Below, piece by piece: positions 20,248-29,123 of a DNA stretch of 64,000 nt. The stretch's first letter is position 1. Every line of letters begins with the position of its first letter. Source of the DNA: Abditibacterium sp. (lineage in GTDB: Bacteria; Armatimonadota; Abditibacteriia; Abditibacteriales; Abditibacteriaceae). The notes below the pieces were generated by a model. The model had not been told where the DNA came from and searched no databases. It saw only the letters and a program-made list of their open reading frames with translations. Position numbers and translations under genes: made by a program. The DNA lies in the NCBI GenBank assembly GCA_965246885.1, contig OZ251992.1, positions 1,696,001 through 1,760,000 of the forward strand, given 5' to 3'.

Positions 20248-21153
20248 TCACGGCGCTTCCATTGACGTTGTCCCAATTTCGAGGGCGCCGTCCGCAAGGG
20301 CGCGGGCGAGCCACTCCTGATGCGCGCCATGTCCGGCGCGTAGAGCAACGATGTGGCCGTGAAACAGCGCGCCACTCGCGCACAATCCTAACGCTAAATC
20401 GCCCACGCAGTCGAGCGCTTTGTGGCGGGCCAATTCGTTCTCGAAGCGAAACGGCGACGAGGGTGCTCCATCGCTCCCAATGAGAATGGCGTTGTCGAGC
20501 GAACCGCCTTTGATGAGACCCGCCGCGCGAAGCGGCTCCAGCCAACTTTGCAGGGTGAAAGTGCGCGCAGCGGCGAGTTCATCGGCAAGCGAGAGGACGT
20601 TTACCACCCCATCAAAAGTCTGCGCGCGCGCGCCGTCAGCGCCGAAATCCACGCCGACGGAGCAGCGAAAAGTCGCGCTGCCATCGAAAGGGAGCGGCAA
20701 ACCGAACATCTGCGCGCCGCCGCCTTCCCACCACACGGGACGCTGCAAGCGCGCGATGGGCCGGTTTGCCGCAAGCGGGTGGCGTCCGGCGCGGCCTAAC
20801 AGTTCGACCCACCCGCGCGCGGAGCCATCCAAAATGGGCACTTCCGGGCCGTCCAGTTCAACGCGAACGTGCGTCCACCCCCCGGCCCACAGCGCGGCGA
20901 GCAAGTGCTCGATCGTTGAAACGCGGGCACTTCCGTGCGCGATGGTGGTGGCGTGAGTGGTGGCGATTATGGCTCCCACTTCCGCCCGCACAATGGGAGC
21001 ACCGGGCAAATCCACGCGGGCGAAGACTACGCCCAGTTTCTCGCTCGGCAGCAAACGCGCCGTGATACTTTTCCCGCAGTGCAAACCTACGCCCGCGATT
21101 TCGACGGGCGTGGCGAGAGTTTGAAAGGAAGCGGGCACGGTGGAAGCTGTCAC
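20248..21153 (-). CDS. lpxC: UDP-3-O-acyl-GlcNAc deacetylase
   Basis: GVGLHCG, STIEHLLAAL, EVPILDGSA and RHKALD.VGDL. Confidence 0.93.
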   Translation of the reverse strand: MTASTVPASFQTLATPVEIAGVGLHCGKSITARLLPSEKLGVVFARVDLPGAPIVRAEVGAIIATTHATTIAHGSARVSTIEHLLAALWAGGWTHVRVELDGPEVPILDGSARGWVELLGRAGRHPLAANRPIARLQRPVWWEGGGAQMFGLPLPFDGSATFRCSVGVDFGADGARAQTFDGVVNVLSLADELAAARTFTLQSWLEPLRAAGLIKGGSLDNAILIGSDGAPSSPFRFENELARHKALDCVGDLALGLCASGALFHGHIVALRAGHGAHQEWLARALADGALEIGTTSMEAP

Positions 21154-21156
21154 TCC

Positions 21157-22560
21157 TTAGCCGCGCACGCGCACTAAAAGCGACGCGGTGACGGGCGGTT
21201 TCTGGCCGGAGCGGTCGCGCACGGTGACTTCGATGCGGTAGTTCTGCTCTTCGTTGGGATACGAGAAAGAAGCGACAAGACCGCGCGCATCTATGCGCGG
21301 GCCAAGCGGCACGGCGGCACCGGCACCGGGAAGGGTGCCATTGTTCCCGCCTAATAGGGGATTGGTGCGAGGCATGCGCTGGGTGGGGCCGACGCCCAAC
21401 TGAGCGCGCGGGTTGCGTTGCGGGGCAGTGGGAAAAACACCGGGTGGAAACCCGCCCGGTGCGGGGTTGACCGCGCCGTCCGGCCCAACAGCACCTCCCG
21501 CAACGGGGCCGCCACTCACGGCGGGAGCGGGCAAGTTGCCCACGTTGTCGGCGTCGAAGTTCCACTCGACCTGCGGATCGGCGGCTCCGGCTTCGACATC
21601 GGCGACCAGCACAAGCGGGCGCTCCGGCTTCCACTCCAGTTCGGCCATTTGCGTTCCGGCGGGTTTGTCAGGGGTGCGGATGGAAACGGTTATCCTGCCA
21701 GTTTCGACCACGAGCGCCATTTGCGCCATGTAAAAGGTGTCGGGCGCGTCACTCGTGAGCACGACGCGGCGGATGGGGCCGGACGCTCCGGGCGTCGAGG
21801 TCATGTCTTTGACCGCGAGGGTAAACAGGCGCCAGCCATTGTTTTCTGGTTGGTTGTCGAGCGAGTTTAGGTTGACGCGGATGCGGCCCGACAAAGCGCC
21901 TTGCTCGCGTAAGAATTGCACTTTCAACTCTTTGATGAAAGTGCTTTGCGAAGGCGCGCTTAGCCCCGTCGCGCCGCCACCGGGCAGGCCACCGCCAAAG
22001 CCGGGGCCACCCGGCCCTCCTCCGAAGCCGGGCAAAGCGCCGCCACCGGGCGGGCCGAACTGGGCGGCGCCTTGCCAATGCGGAACCATCTCGAACTGCG
22101 GTTGGAAGCCGGGGGTAGCGGGTGGGTTGCCACCGCCAAAGCCACCACGTCCGCCGCCGGGGAAGCCACCGCGCCCGCCACCGGGGAAGTTGCCCCGTCC
22201 GCCGCCAGTGCCGCCCCCGCTTGAATCACGAAATTTGAGCCGCAAGCGCACGAAGCCGTTGGCCAGATAAGGCGTGGGGTCAACGGGGCGCGTGAGGTCA
22301 AATCGGGCGCCCTCGACAAAGGAGCGCGTACTGATTTGGAGCGATGGGGCGCCTTCGTAGTCCACGCGCCGCGACGGACGCGCCCCACCGTTGCCCCATG
22401 AGCCGGGGCGGGCATCGGGCACGACTCCCTCGGTGCCTCCGCCAAACGAGGAGTTGTAAAGGTAAACCGAGCGCGCCATTTGTGCGTGCGCCATGCCCCC
22501 CAAAGCGACGGACAACGCGCATAAAACGACTGGACACTTCGATAAGAAAGAAAGTTTCAT
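21157..22560 (-). CDS. Secreted hypothetical protein with Gly/Pro-rich inserts and a PKD-like C-terminus
   Basis: Signal peptide (AHA-Q), GGRGGFPGG repeats and VEWNFD...Y.IEVTVRD. Confidence 0.65.
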   Translation of the reverse strand: MKLSFLSKCPVVLCALSVALGGMAHAQMARSVYLYNSSFGGGTEGVVPDARPGSWGNGGARPSRRVDYEGAPSLQISTRSFVEGARFDLTRPVDPTPYLANGFVRLRLKFRDSSGGGTGGGRGNFPGGGRGGFPGGGRGGFGGGNPPATPGFQPQFEMVPHWQGAAQFGPPGGGALPGFGGGPGGPGFGGGLPGGGATGLSAPSQSTFIKELKVQFLREQGALSGRIRVNLNSLDNQPENNGWRLFTLAVKDMTSTPGASGPIRRVVLTSDAPDTFYMAQMALVVETGRITVSIRTPDKPAGTQMAELEWKPERPLVLVADVEAGAADPQVEWNFDADNVGNLPAPAVSGGPVAGGAVGPDGAVNPAPGGFPPGVFPTAPQRNPRAQLGVGPTQRMPRTNPLLGGNNGTLPGAGAAVPLGPRIDARGLVASFSYPNEEQNYRIEVTVRDRSGQKPPVTASLLVRVRG

Positions 22561-22571
22561 TGCACAAAACC

Positions 22572-23696
22572 TCAAAGCAGGCGCTCCACCAAGCGCCGAG
22601 CCAGCCCATCGGCCAGCGCAAAACCCGACGCAGTGGGCGCTAAGTGTGCCCCATCCCACGAAAGCAGGTGCGCGCCGCACAAATCGCCCATCGCCGGTTG
22701 CAACAGAGCCGCTTGCTCCGAATTAAGCCGGACGCCTTCGCGCGTGCGCAGGCCAGTCACGACCCGCTCCCCCAGACGTTGATGCGCCGTTAGCCGCTCC
22801 GTTTCGACGCGCGCGGCGCCGGTTTGTGTCACGCGGCGAATGTATGTCTTGGCGTCGCGCTCGTTCCAAAACCGCTCACCGTCAAAGTGTCCGTGCGCGC
22901 CGCACCCCACCGCATAGTAGCTGCCGCCGCGCCAGTAGTTCATGTTATGGCGGCACTCGAACCCCGGCACACACCAACTCGCCACCTCGTAGCGCGCGTA
23001 ACCCGCGCCTTCCAACACCTCGCTCGCGGCATCCATTAAGTCGGCCTGCGCGTCGTCGTCCAGTTCGTGCAAGTTGCCCTGCGCCAAGCGAAGCCCCATC
23101 GCCGTCCCCGGCTCGATGGTCAGCGAATATGCGGATAAGTGGTTGACGCCCAACGCGGCGGCATGTTCAAGCGTTGCGCGCCATTTGCGGGGAGACTGAA
23201 TGGGGGCGCCAAAGATGAGATCGAGCGAGATGTTCTCCCATCCGGCCTCGCGCGCCCAGCCGACGACCGAACTGATGCGTGCGCCGTCGTGTACTCTTCC
23301 CAAAAAGGCGAGCGTATCGTCGTCGAAGCTTTGCGCGCCCAAACTGAGGCGGTTCCAGCCGCGCGCGCGCAGTGCGCGCAACATCTCAAGCGTTAGGTTT
23401 TCGGGGTTGGCTTCAAGCGAGACTTCCGCGCCTTCTGCGAGCGGTGCATATTCGCGGATGGTGCTAAGAAGGGCGTTTAACTGCTCCGCGCTCAGCTCCG
23501 TCGGCGTGCCACCACCGCAAAAAACGGTCGCCAAACGCGCGCCTTGCCCGCCCAACTGCGCGGCCAGTTCCCGTTGCATCGCTTCCAGATACGCCGCGCG
23601 GAACTGCGCTTTGCCGTTGAGGGACACGGCGAAGTCGCAATACGGGCACCGCCGCGCGCAAAAGGGCACGTGCAGGTACAAAGAAGCGGGGGGCAC
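22572..23696 (-). CDS. hemW: Radical SAM heme chaperone, HemN-like
   Basis: LYLHVPFCARRCPYCDF, GGGTP, EANP, YEVASW and HNMNYW. Confidence 0.92.
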   Translation of the reverse strand: MPPASLYLHVPFCARRCPYCDFAVSLNGKAQFRAAYLEAMQRELAAQLGGQGARLATVFCGGGTPTELSAEQLNALLSTIREYAPLAEGAEVSLEANPENLTLEMLRALRARGWNRLSLGAQSFDDDTLAFLGRVHDGARISSVVGWAREAGWENISLDLIFGAPIQSPRKWRATLEHAAALGVNHLSAYSLTIEPGTAMGLRLAQGNLHELDDDAQADLMDAASEVLEGAGYARYEVASWCVPGFECRHNMNYWRGGSYYAVGCGAHGHFDGERFWNERDAKTYIRRVTQTGAARVETERLTAHQRLGERVVTGLRTREGVRLNSEQAALLQPAMGDLCGAHLLSWDGAHLAPTASGFALADGLARRLVERLL

Positions 23697-23765
23697 GCGA
23701 GAGAGTTTAAGGCGAGCCGGGAAAAGCGCTACCTTCGGCGCCGCTCTTGCGGACACTACGCGGGA

Positions 23766-25049
23766 ATGAAAGCCGAAATTTTATGCGTCGGGTCGGAGCT
23801 ATTGCTCGGACAAATCACCGACACCAACGCCGTCTATATGGCGCAAGGGCTGGCGCGCGCGGGCGTTGACTTGCACCGCAAAACCACCGTCGGCGACAAC
23901 TTGGAGCGCATCGCGGGCGCCATTAACGCTTCCTTAGAGCGCGCCGACTGCCTCATCGTCACCGGCGGCCTCGGCCCCACCACCGACGATCTGACCCGCG
24001 AAGCCATCGCCAAAGCCTTGGGCGTCGAGTTGGACTACGACGAACGCTTGGCCGCGAACTTGAAAGAAATGTTCGCGCGGCGCAACTGGAGCATCAGCGA
24101 CACCTTCCTGCGCCAAGCGTATTTGCCGCGCGGCACGAAAGAACTCCCCAACCCCGTCGGCACCGCTCCCGGCGTGTGGTTCGACGGCGAATTTAATGGC
24201 CAGCCCAAGCTCATCTTCGCCGTGCCCGGCGTGCCGCGCGAGATGAAAACCATGTTCGACGACACCATCATCCCCGCTCTGTTAGAAAAAAGCGAGGGCG
24301 AACGAATGATCATCGTGTCGCGCGTGTTACGCTCGTTCGGCATCGGCGAATCCGCCTTGGCTGACCCGCTCGAAGACATCCTCACCAGCGCCGAGAACCC
24401 CACCGTCGCGCCGCTCATCTATGGCAATACGGAAGTCCACTTGCGCTTGACCGCCAAGGTGCGCACTGAAGAAGAAGCCACGCACTTGCTCGACCAGATG
24501 GAAGACCGCATCCGCGCGCGCGTCGGGCAATACATCTTCGGGCGCGACGACCAAACCTTGCCTCAAGTCGTCGTTCACGCGCTCACCGGCCACAACGCTA
24601 CCCTTGGCGTCGCCGAATCGCTCACCGGCGGCATGTTAGGTGCCTTCCTCACCGAAGCGACGGGCGCCAGCCGCGTCTTTATGGGCGGCGTCGTCTCCTA
24701 CGCTCCCGGCCTGAAAATCCAAGTGCTGGGCGTGCCCGAAGCGGAGATCGAATCGGACACCGTCGTGTCGGAGGTCGTCGCGCGCGCGATGGCGCTGGGC
24801 GCGCAAAAGCTGATGAACACCAGCTACGCGCTTTCAACAACGGGCGAGGCTGGCCCCGACTCGGCAACGGGCGCGCCCGTTGGCACCGTCTACCTTGGCC
24901 TCGCGCTTCCCAACCAAACCGCCATCGTTGAAAAGCGCGAGTTTCACGGCGACCGCGAAGCCATTCGCCGCCGCGCTTCAATGGCTGCCCTCGACCTTTT
25001 GCGCCGCCACTTGCATGACAACTTGGAGGTCGAGGCGCAAGCGAAATAA
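23766..25049 (+). CDS. cinA: Competence/damage-inducible protein CinA (with NMN deamidase domain)
   Basis: GSELLLG..DTN, GGLGPT.DDLT, PGVPREM and AESLTGG. Confidence 0.93.
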   Translation: MKAEILCVGSELLLGQITDTNAVYMAQGLARAGVDLHRKTTVGDNLERIAGAINASLERADCLIVTGGLGPTTDDLTREAIAKALGVELDYDERLAANLKEMFARRNWSISDTFLRQAYLPRGTKELPNPVGTAPGVWFDGEFNGQPKLIFAVPGVPREMKTMFDDTIIPALLEKSEGERMIIVSRVLRSFGIGESALADPLEDILTSAENPTVAPLIYGNTEVHLRLTAKVRTEEEATHLLDQMEDRIRARVGQYIFGRDDQTLPQVVVHALTGHNATLGVAESLTGGMLGAFLTEATGASRVFMGGVVSYAPGLKIQVLGVPEAEIESDTVVSEVVARAMALGAQKLMNTSYALSTTGEAGPDSATGAPVGTVYLGLALPNQTAIVEKREFHGDREAIRRRASMAALDLLRRHLHDNLEVEAQAK

Positions 25050-25140
25050 GGCGTCGGACTTCGGGCTTCCCCGGTTGCCTTGGCGCAGTGTTTCGATTCA
25101 AGGGGCACCGGAGGCAGTGCTCAGCCTTCTGTACTATTCG

Positions 25141-25593
25141 ATGAAGCGATGGATGCGCGCGTGGGTGTTGCTAACGGCGTTAGTCGTTGGAGTTTCTCCG
25201 CGCGTCGTCGTGGCGGCGCTGTGTTGCACGGCGACGCCGCACATGGCCAAAGCACCGTGCGCGTGCTGCCACAAAACTTCCGTTTGCGCCCTCCCGTCTC
25301 CACTTTTGTGGGTGAACGCGCCTTCTCCGTTTGTTCAAGAACAAACGTTTGAAGCGCCGCTCGCGTTGCCCGTTTCGCCAAGGAGTTGGGAGCAACCCGC
25401 GCTGCAATGGCCGCGAATGTGGCCCGATGCGCCGCCTTTGTTGCCGCCGCCTGAGCAAGGGCGCGGGAGCTTTTCTTGCCGCGCGCCACCCGCTTTGGCC
25501 CCGGCCCGAATGGGCTTCGCACCGCAAGAAATCTACACCCAAAGGAGGGAAAATCCATGCAAAAACTCATTGCCACCTGCGTCCTCGGCTTGA
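25141..25593 (+). CDS. Putative DUF2946-like exported Cys-rich leader peptide with RAPP motif
   Basis: N-terminal hydrophobic segment, LCC...PCACCH...C, Pro-rich linker and RAPP at 25480-25491. Confidence 0.55.
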   Translation: MKRWMRAWVLLTALVVGVSPRVVVAALCCTATPHMAKAPCACCHKTSVCALPSPLLWVNAPSPFVQEQTFEAPLALPVSPRSWEQPALQWPRMWPDAPPLLPPPEQGRGSFSCRAPPALAPARMGFAPQEIYTQRRENPCKNSLPPASSA

Positions 25594-25700
25594 CGCTCGC
25601 CGGAAGCCTCGCGGCTGCCGTCGCGCAAAGCGGCTCATGCTGCAAACCCGGCGCTCCGTGCTGCGCTCCCGGCGCGCCCTGTTGCCCCAAGGCCAAATAA
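25557..25700 (+). CDS. Small secreted Cys-pair repeat peptide, 47 aa
   Basis: AAAGGAGG RBS; sequence MQKLIATCVLGLTLAGSLAAAVA-QSGSCCKPGAPCCAPGAPCCPKAK; followed by a terminator. Confidence 0.75.
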   Translation: MQKLIATCVLGLTLAGSLAAAVAQSGSCCKPGAPCCAPGAPCCPKAK

Positions 25701-25705
25701 CTCCG

Positions 25706-25741
25706 ACGCCCCGCTTTCAACTGAAAGCGGGGCGTTGTTTT
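25706..25741 (+). terminator. Intrinsic terminator
   Basis: acgccccgctttca-ac-tgaaagcggggcgt followed by tgtttt. Confidence 0.75.
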
Positions 25742-28700
25742 AGCCGTCTAAGTCCCCTGCCAAGGCAATGGCGCTTTGGGCGCCCTCTTTGTCCAGCCCA
25801 ATGGCTTTAATGCGCGCTTCGACGGCTTGCACGTCGCCCGTGCGTCCGGCTTCTTGCAAGCGTTTGCGCAGGCCCAACAGCGCCGCCGCGCGCGCGATTG
25901 GGTTCCAACTGGCGCCGGACAACTGCGTATAAAGCGCTGTTGCCTCGTCCGTTTTTCCGCCCGCCCACAGGACTTTGGCGCGCGCCCAAGCGATGCTTTG
26001 GAAACCGTCGGCATCTACTTCCGGCGCGGTTTGGGCAAAGCGGAACGCTTCGCCCGACCAGAAATCGGCTCCGGCTTTATCTCCTCCCGCGAGGGCATCG
26101 AGCGCCAAACGGCGCCACGTTTCGACCGCGAAATCGAGTGTCTGCGCGGCGCGGGCGCGCGCTTTGGGGTCGGCGTCGCCATTGGCCAGCGACAGCGCGA
26201 GCGAGGGTTCGCCGCCTTGCGTGGCGACCAGTTTTTGCAGCAAGTCGCGCCGCGCGTCGGGCGAGAGGGTTCGGGCATCGAGCAAAAGCAGGCGCGCGCG
26301 CATTGCCCAGAACGGGTCGTCGCCGTCGGCAAGCGGTTTCAGCGCGGCCAAGGCGGGCGACTGCGCGCGCGTGGCGCGTTCGAGTTCGGCGTCGGCGGCG
26401 GGCGGGGCGCCGGGAACGGCGATTTGCGCGCTCGCCAAGTCGAGGCGCGCGAGGGCAAGGGCGGCGCGCGCGACGATGGCGGCTTTGGTGGCGTTCCCGG
26501 CATCGCCTGCGCCCGCGAGGGCATCGAGATTTTTACTAATGGCGGGCATCATCGACGAGCCTGCCGCCCTGCCCGCCGCACCGCTCAGCAGGGCGGCGTT
26601 CGCGTCGAGGGGCCAGCGCTCACCCGCGACGCGCACCAGCAGTTGCGCGCTCGTCATAGCGTCTTGGCGGCGGTCGGCGCCATTTAGCAGTGCGGCGACG
26701 ACGCCCGCTTCGTCATCGGCGCCGCGCGCGACATCGAGTAGAATGGCCCATTGCCGCGCGGCGCCAGCCGGGTCGCCGCTTCCGTCGAGCACACGCGCCC
26801 ACACTTGGCGGGCGGCGAAGACAAGGGTGGCGCGGTCGCCATCGTCGGGAGCGGAATCGAGCGCCCGCCGCGCCTCGCCCAGCGCCTTTTGACGGTCTTC
26901 GGGGGCGGGTAGGGCATTCCAGCCAATGGCCGCGACCGCCGCGAAATCGGGGTCGGGGTTGCCGTCCAAGCGGGCGAGTGTGGCGCGCGCGCCGTCATCG
27001 GCGTTGGCCATTTCGGTCGGGTCGAGGACGCCGCCGATGCCTGTCGCGCGCTGGATTTGAACGAGGGCTTTTTGTAGCGTGTAGAAAGTGGCGTCGTCAG
27101 CCCCGGCGATGGCTTTGTCCAAAAGAGCGTTCGCTGTCCTGAACAAGGCGTTGCGGCGGTTGAAACCGGCGGTGTCGCTCGGCGCAAGCAAGAACGCCTG
27201 CGCCACCAAGGTTTCGGCGCGCTTGCCCGCCCAGAACGGCACGTCGGGAAAGCGAGCGTAGCCCGCGCTTTGTGCATCAGCGATGGCTTCGCGCGTGCCG
27301 TAGGCTGCTTGAAAGGCGAGCGCGAGGCGCAGGTCGGAGTCTTTGGCCCCAGTCGCGCGGGCGCGGTTGAGCAGGGGAACGCGCAGGGCGTCAACTTTTC
27401 CGGCTTTCTGGAAAGCATCGAAAAGGATGTCCTGCGCGTTGGCTTTTTGGGTGTCGAAAGCGAGGCTTGTGCTCCACCGACTCCACGCGCCCAGCGCCGC
27501 ACCCCCATCGCCCGCGCGCGCGGCCAAGGCGATGAGGTGCGCCCGCGCTTCGTTTTGAACGCCTAAGGAACTGGACTTTTCGAGGGCTTCCCAAAGCGGC
27601 TTGGCTTCTTCGCCGCGTCCGGCGCGTTCGAGGCCGCGCGCGAAGGCGGCTTGAAAGGGCGCCGCCGTGAAAGCGCCCGCCGCGAAAGTGCCCGTCGCCG
27701 CCTTGCCCGCGCGCAGGTCGAGCAGAACGCGCGCGAGCCTCGCGGTTTCGCCATCGCCGGTGATTGTTGCGCCGAGGGTTGCGGCTTCGTCGGGAGTGGC
27801 GGACAGCGCCATGTTTTCGGCGGCTTTGACGCCGACCGCGCGGGGGGTGTCGGAGGAAAGCAACTCTCCCCACACGCCGCGCGCGCCCGCGATGTCTCCA
27901 GACGCGCGCAGGGCGAGCGAGAGGGCGAGCGTGCGATCGGGTTCGCCGCTTTTGGTGGCGGTGCGGGCGTCGCGCAGCGCGGCAACGCGGTCGGCGCGCA
28001 GGTCGTCAACGGGCAGGGCCGACCACGCGAGGTCGGCCTCGGACAAATGCGGCCCCAGCGCGGCGAGTTCGCGGACAGCGCCCGCAGTGGCGCGGGTGGC
28101 GACCAAGACATCGAGCGCCGCGAAGTGCGGGGCGGTGGCGGTCGGTTTGCCCCCGGCGGCTCTTTTCCACAATGCCAAGGCGCCCTCCGCGTCGCCGCCC
28201 GCGCGCCACAGAGCGAGTCCGTGATTCCACTGCTCGTCGGGCGAAGCGTCGGTGTAAGTGGAGGGCGAGCGCAAAGCGGCGTCCTCGCGGATGGCGCCGT
28301 TCGCCACGTCGGGCAGGGCGAAGGTGCCATCGGGGAAAGCGTCGGTGCGCGCTTTGAGGGCATAGGCGAACGAAACCCCATCCCCGTCGGAGTCCGCGCG
28401 AAGCGGGAATTTGCCGTCGAGGGCGTAGGCGGCGCGTAGCAGGACGTTTCGTCCATCGTCGAAGTCGGTGCGGACGTTGCCCGCCAGTTGGACGCGCGCG
28501 GGAAAGGCGCGCACGCGCACTTTGGAGGCGACGTAATACGCGCGCCGCTCGTCGTTGCCGAGCAAAACACGGTCGCGCACGCGGGTGATGCCTGCACCCG
28601 GCGCGGCGACGAAACCGGTGGCGCCGGTGAAAGCGAAGTTGAGCGGCCCGCCCGACAATAGGCCCGCGCCGCGCCACCATTCGCGCGCAATGTTGGCGTT

Positions 28701-28955
28701 TAATACCGCGACCCGCCGGAAGCGGGTGTCGTAGGTTTGAGTGGTGTCACCACTCGCCACAACGGTCTGCGTCGGAGTGCCCGCGCCGTCGAGCACCTCG
28801 ATTTTCAAGGAGTCCGGCGGCTGAAAGAACAACCGCGCCCGAACCGGGGCGCCATCGCCGCTTTGAATCAGGGTGCCCTCGCAACGAGGCAATTGCGCGC
28901 GCGCCGGAAGCGCGAGCAAGAGGCAGGCAACGGTGTAAAACAGAGGAAAACGCAT
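25740..28955 (-). CDS. Large secreted protein with a LolA-like N-terminal region and TPR-like helical repeats
   Basis: Signal peptide MRFPLF...ARA-Q, FQPPD.LKIE and Ala-rich helical repeats. Confidence 0.65.
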   Translation of the reverse strand: MRFPLFYTVACLLLALPARAQLPRCEGTLIQSGDGAPVRARLFFQPPDSLKIEVLDGAGTPTQTVVASGDTTQTYDTRFRRVAVLNANIAREWWRGAGLLSGGPLNFAFTGATGFVAAPGAGITRVRDRVLLGNDERRAYYVASKVRVRAFPARVQLAGNVRTDFDDGRNVLLRAAYALDGKFPLRADSDGDGVSFAYALKARTDAFPDGTFALPDVANGAIREDAALRSPSTYTDASPDEQWNHGLALWRAGGDAEGALALWKRAAGGKPTATAPHFAALDVLVATRATAGAVRELAALGPHLSEADLAWSALPVDDLRADRVAALRDARTATKSGEPDRTLALSLALRASGDIAGARGVWGELLSSDTPRAVGVKAAENMALSATPDEAATLGATITGDGETARLARVLLDLRAGKAATGTFAAGAFTAAPFQAAFARGLERAGRGEEAKPLWEALEKSSSLGVQNEARAHLIALAARAGDGGAALGAWSRWSTSLAFDTQKANAQDILFDAFQKAGKVDALRVPLLNRARATGAKDSDLRLALAFQAAYGTREAIADAQSAGYARFPDVPFWAGKRAETLVAQAFLLAPSDTAGFNRRNALFRTANALLDKAIAGADDATFYTLQKALVQIQRATGIGGVLDPTEMANADDGARATLARLDGNPDPDFAAVAAIGWNALPAPEDRQKALGEARRALDSAPDDGDRATLVFAARQVWARVLDGSGDPAGAARQWAILLDVARGADDEAGVVAALLNGADRRQDAMTSAQLLVRVAGERWPLDANAALLSGAAGRAAGSSMMPAISKNLDALAGAGDAGNATKAAIVARAALALARLDLASAQIAVPGAPPAADAELERATRAQSPALAALKPLADGDDPFWAMRARLLLLDARTLSPDARRDLLQKLVATQGGEPSLALSLANGDADPKARARAAQTLDFAVETWRRLALDALAGGDKAGADFWSGEAFRFAQTAPEVDADGFQSIAWARAKVLWAGGKTDEATALYTQLSGASWNPIARAAALLGLRKRLQEAGRTGDVQAVEARIKAIGLDKEGAQSAIALAGDLDG

Positions 28956-29022
28956 GAATGGAAGCGCAGTTTGGATAAACCGACTCGCCCCAGAGTTGCA
29001 AATCCTCGCAAGACAGACGTCC

Positions 29023-29113
29023 GCCATCCAGTCACGGGCTTCTGTCACCCTGTGACACAGGCCCGTGACTGAGCGGCGCGCACGCGTGACTGGGCGGCGC
29101 GCACGCGTCATTG
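29023..29113. repeat. Degenerate 21-bp tandem array B
   Basis: gtgactgagcggcgcgcacgc and gtgactgggcggcgcgcacgc (20/21 identical) with in-phase degenerate flanking units. Confidence 0.7.
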
Positions 29114-29123
29114 GCCCGCCGCC

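Noticed and set aside
22080..22215. Tandem GGRGGFPGG-type repeats
   Set aside because: In-frame low-complexity coding linker, not a separate element
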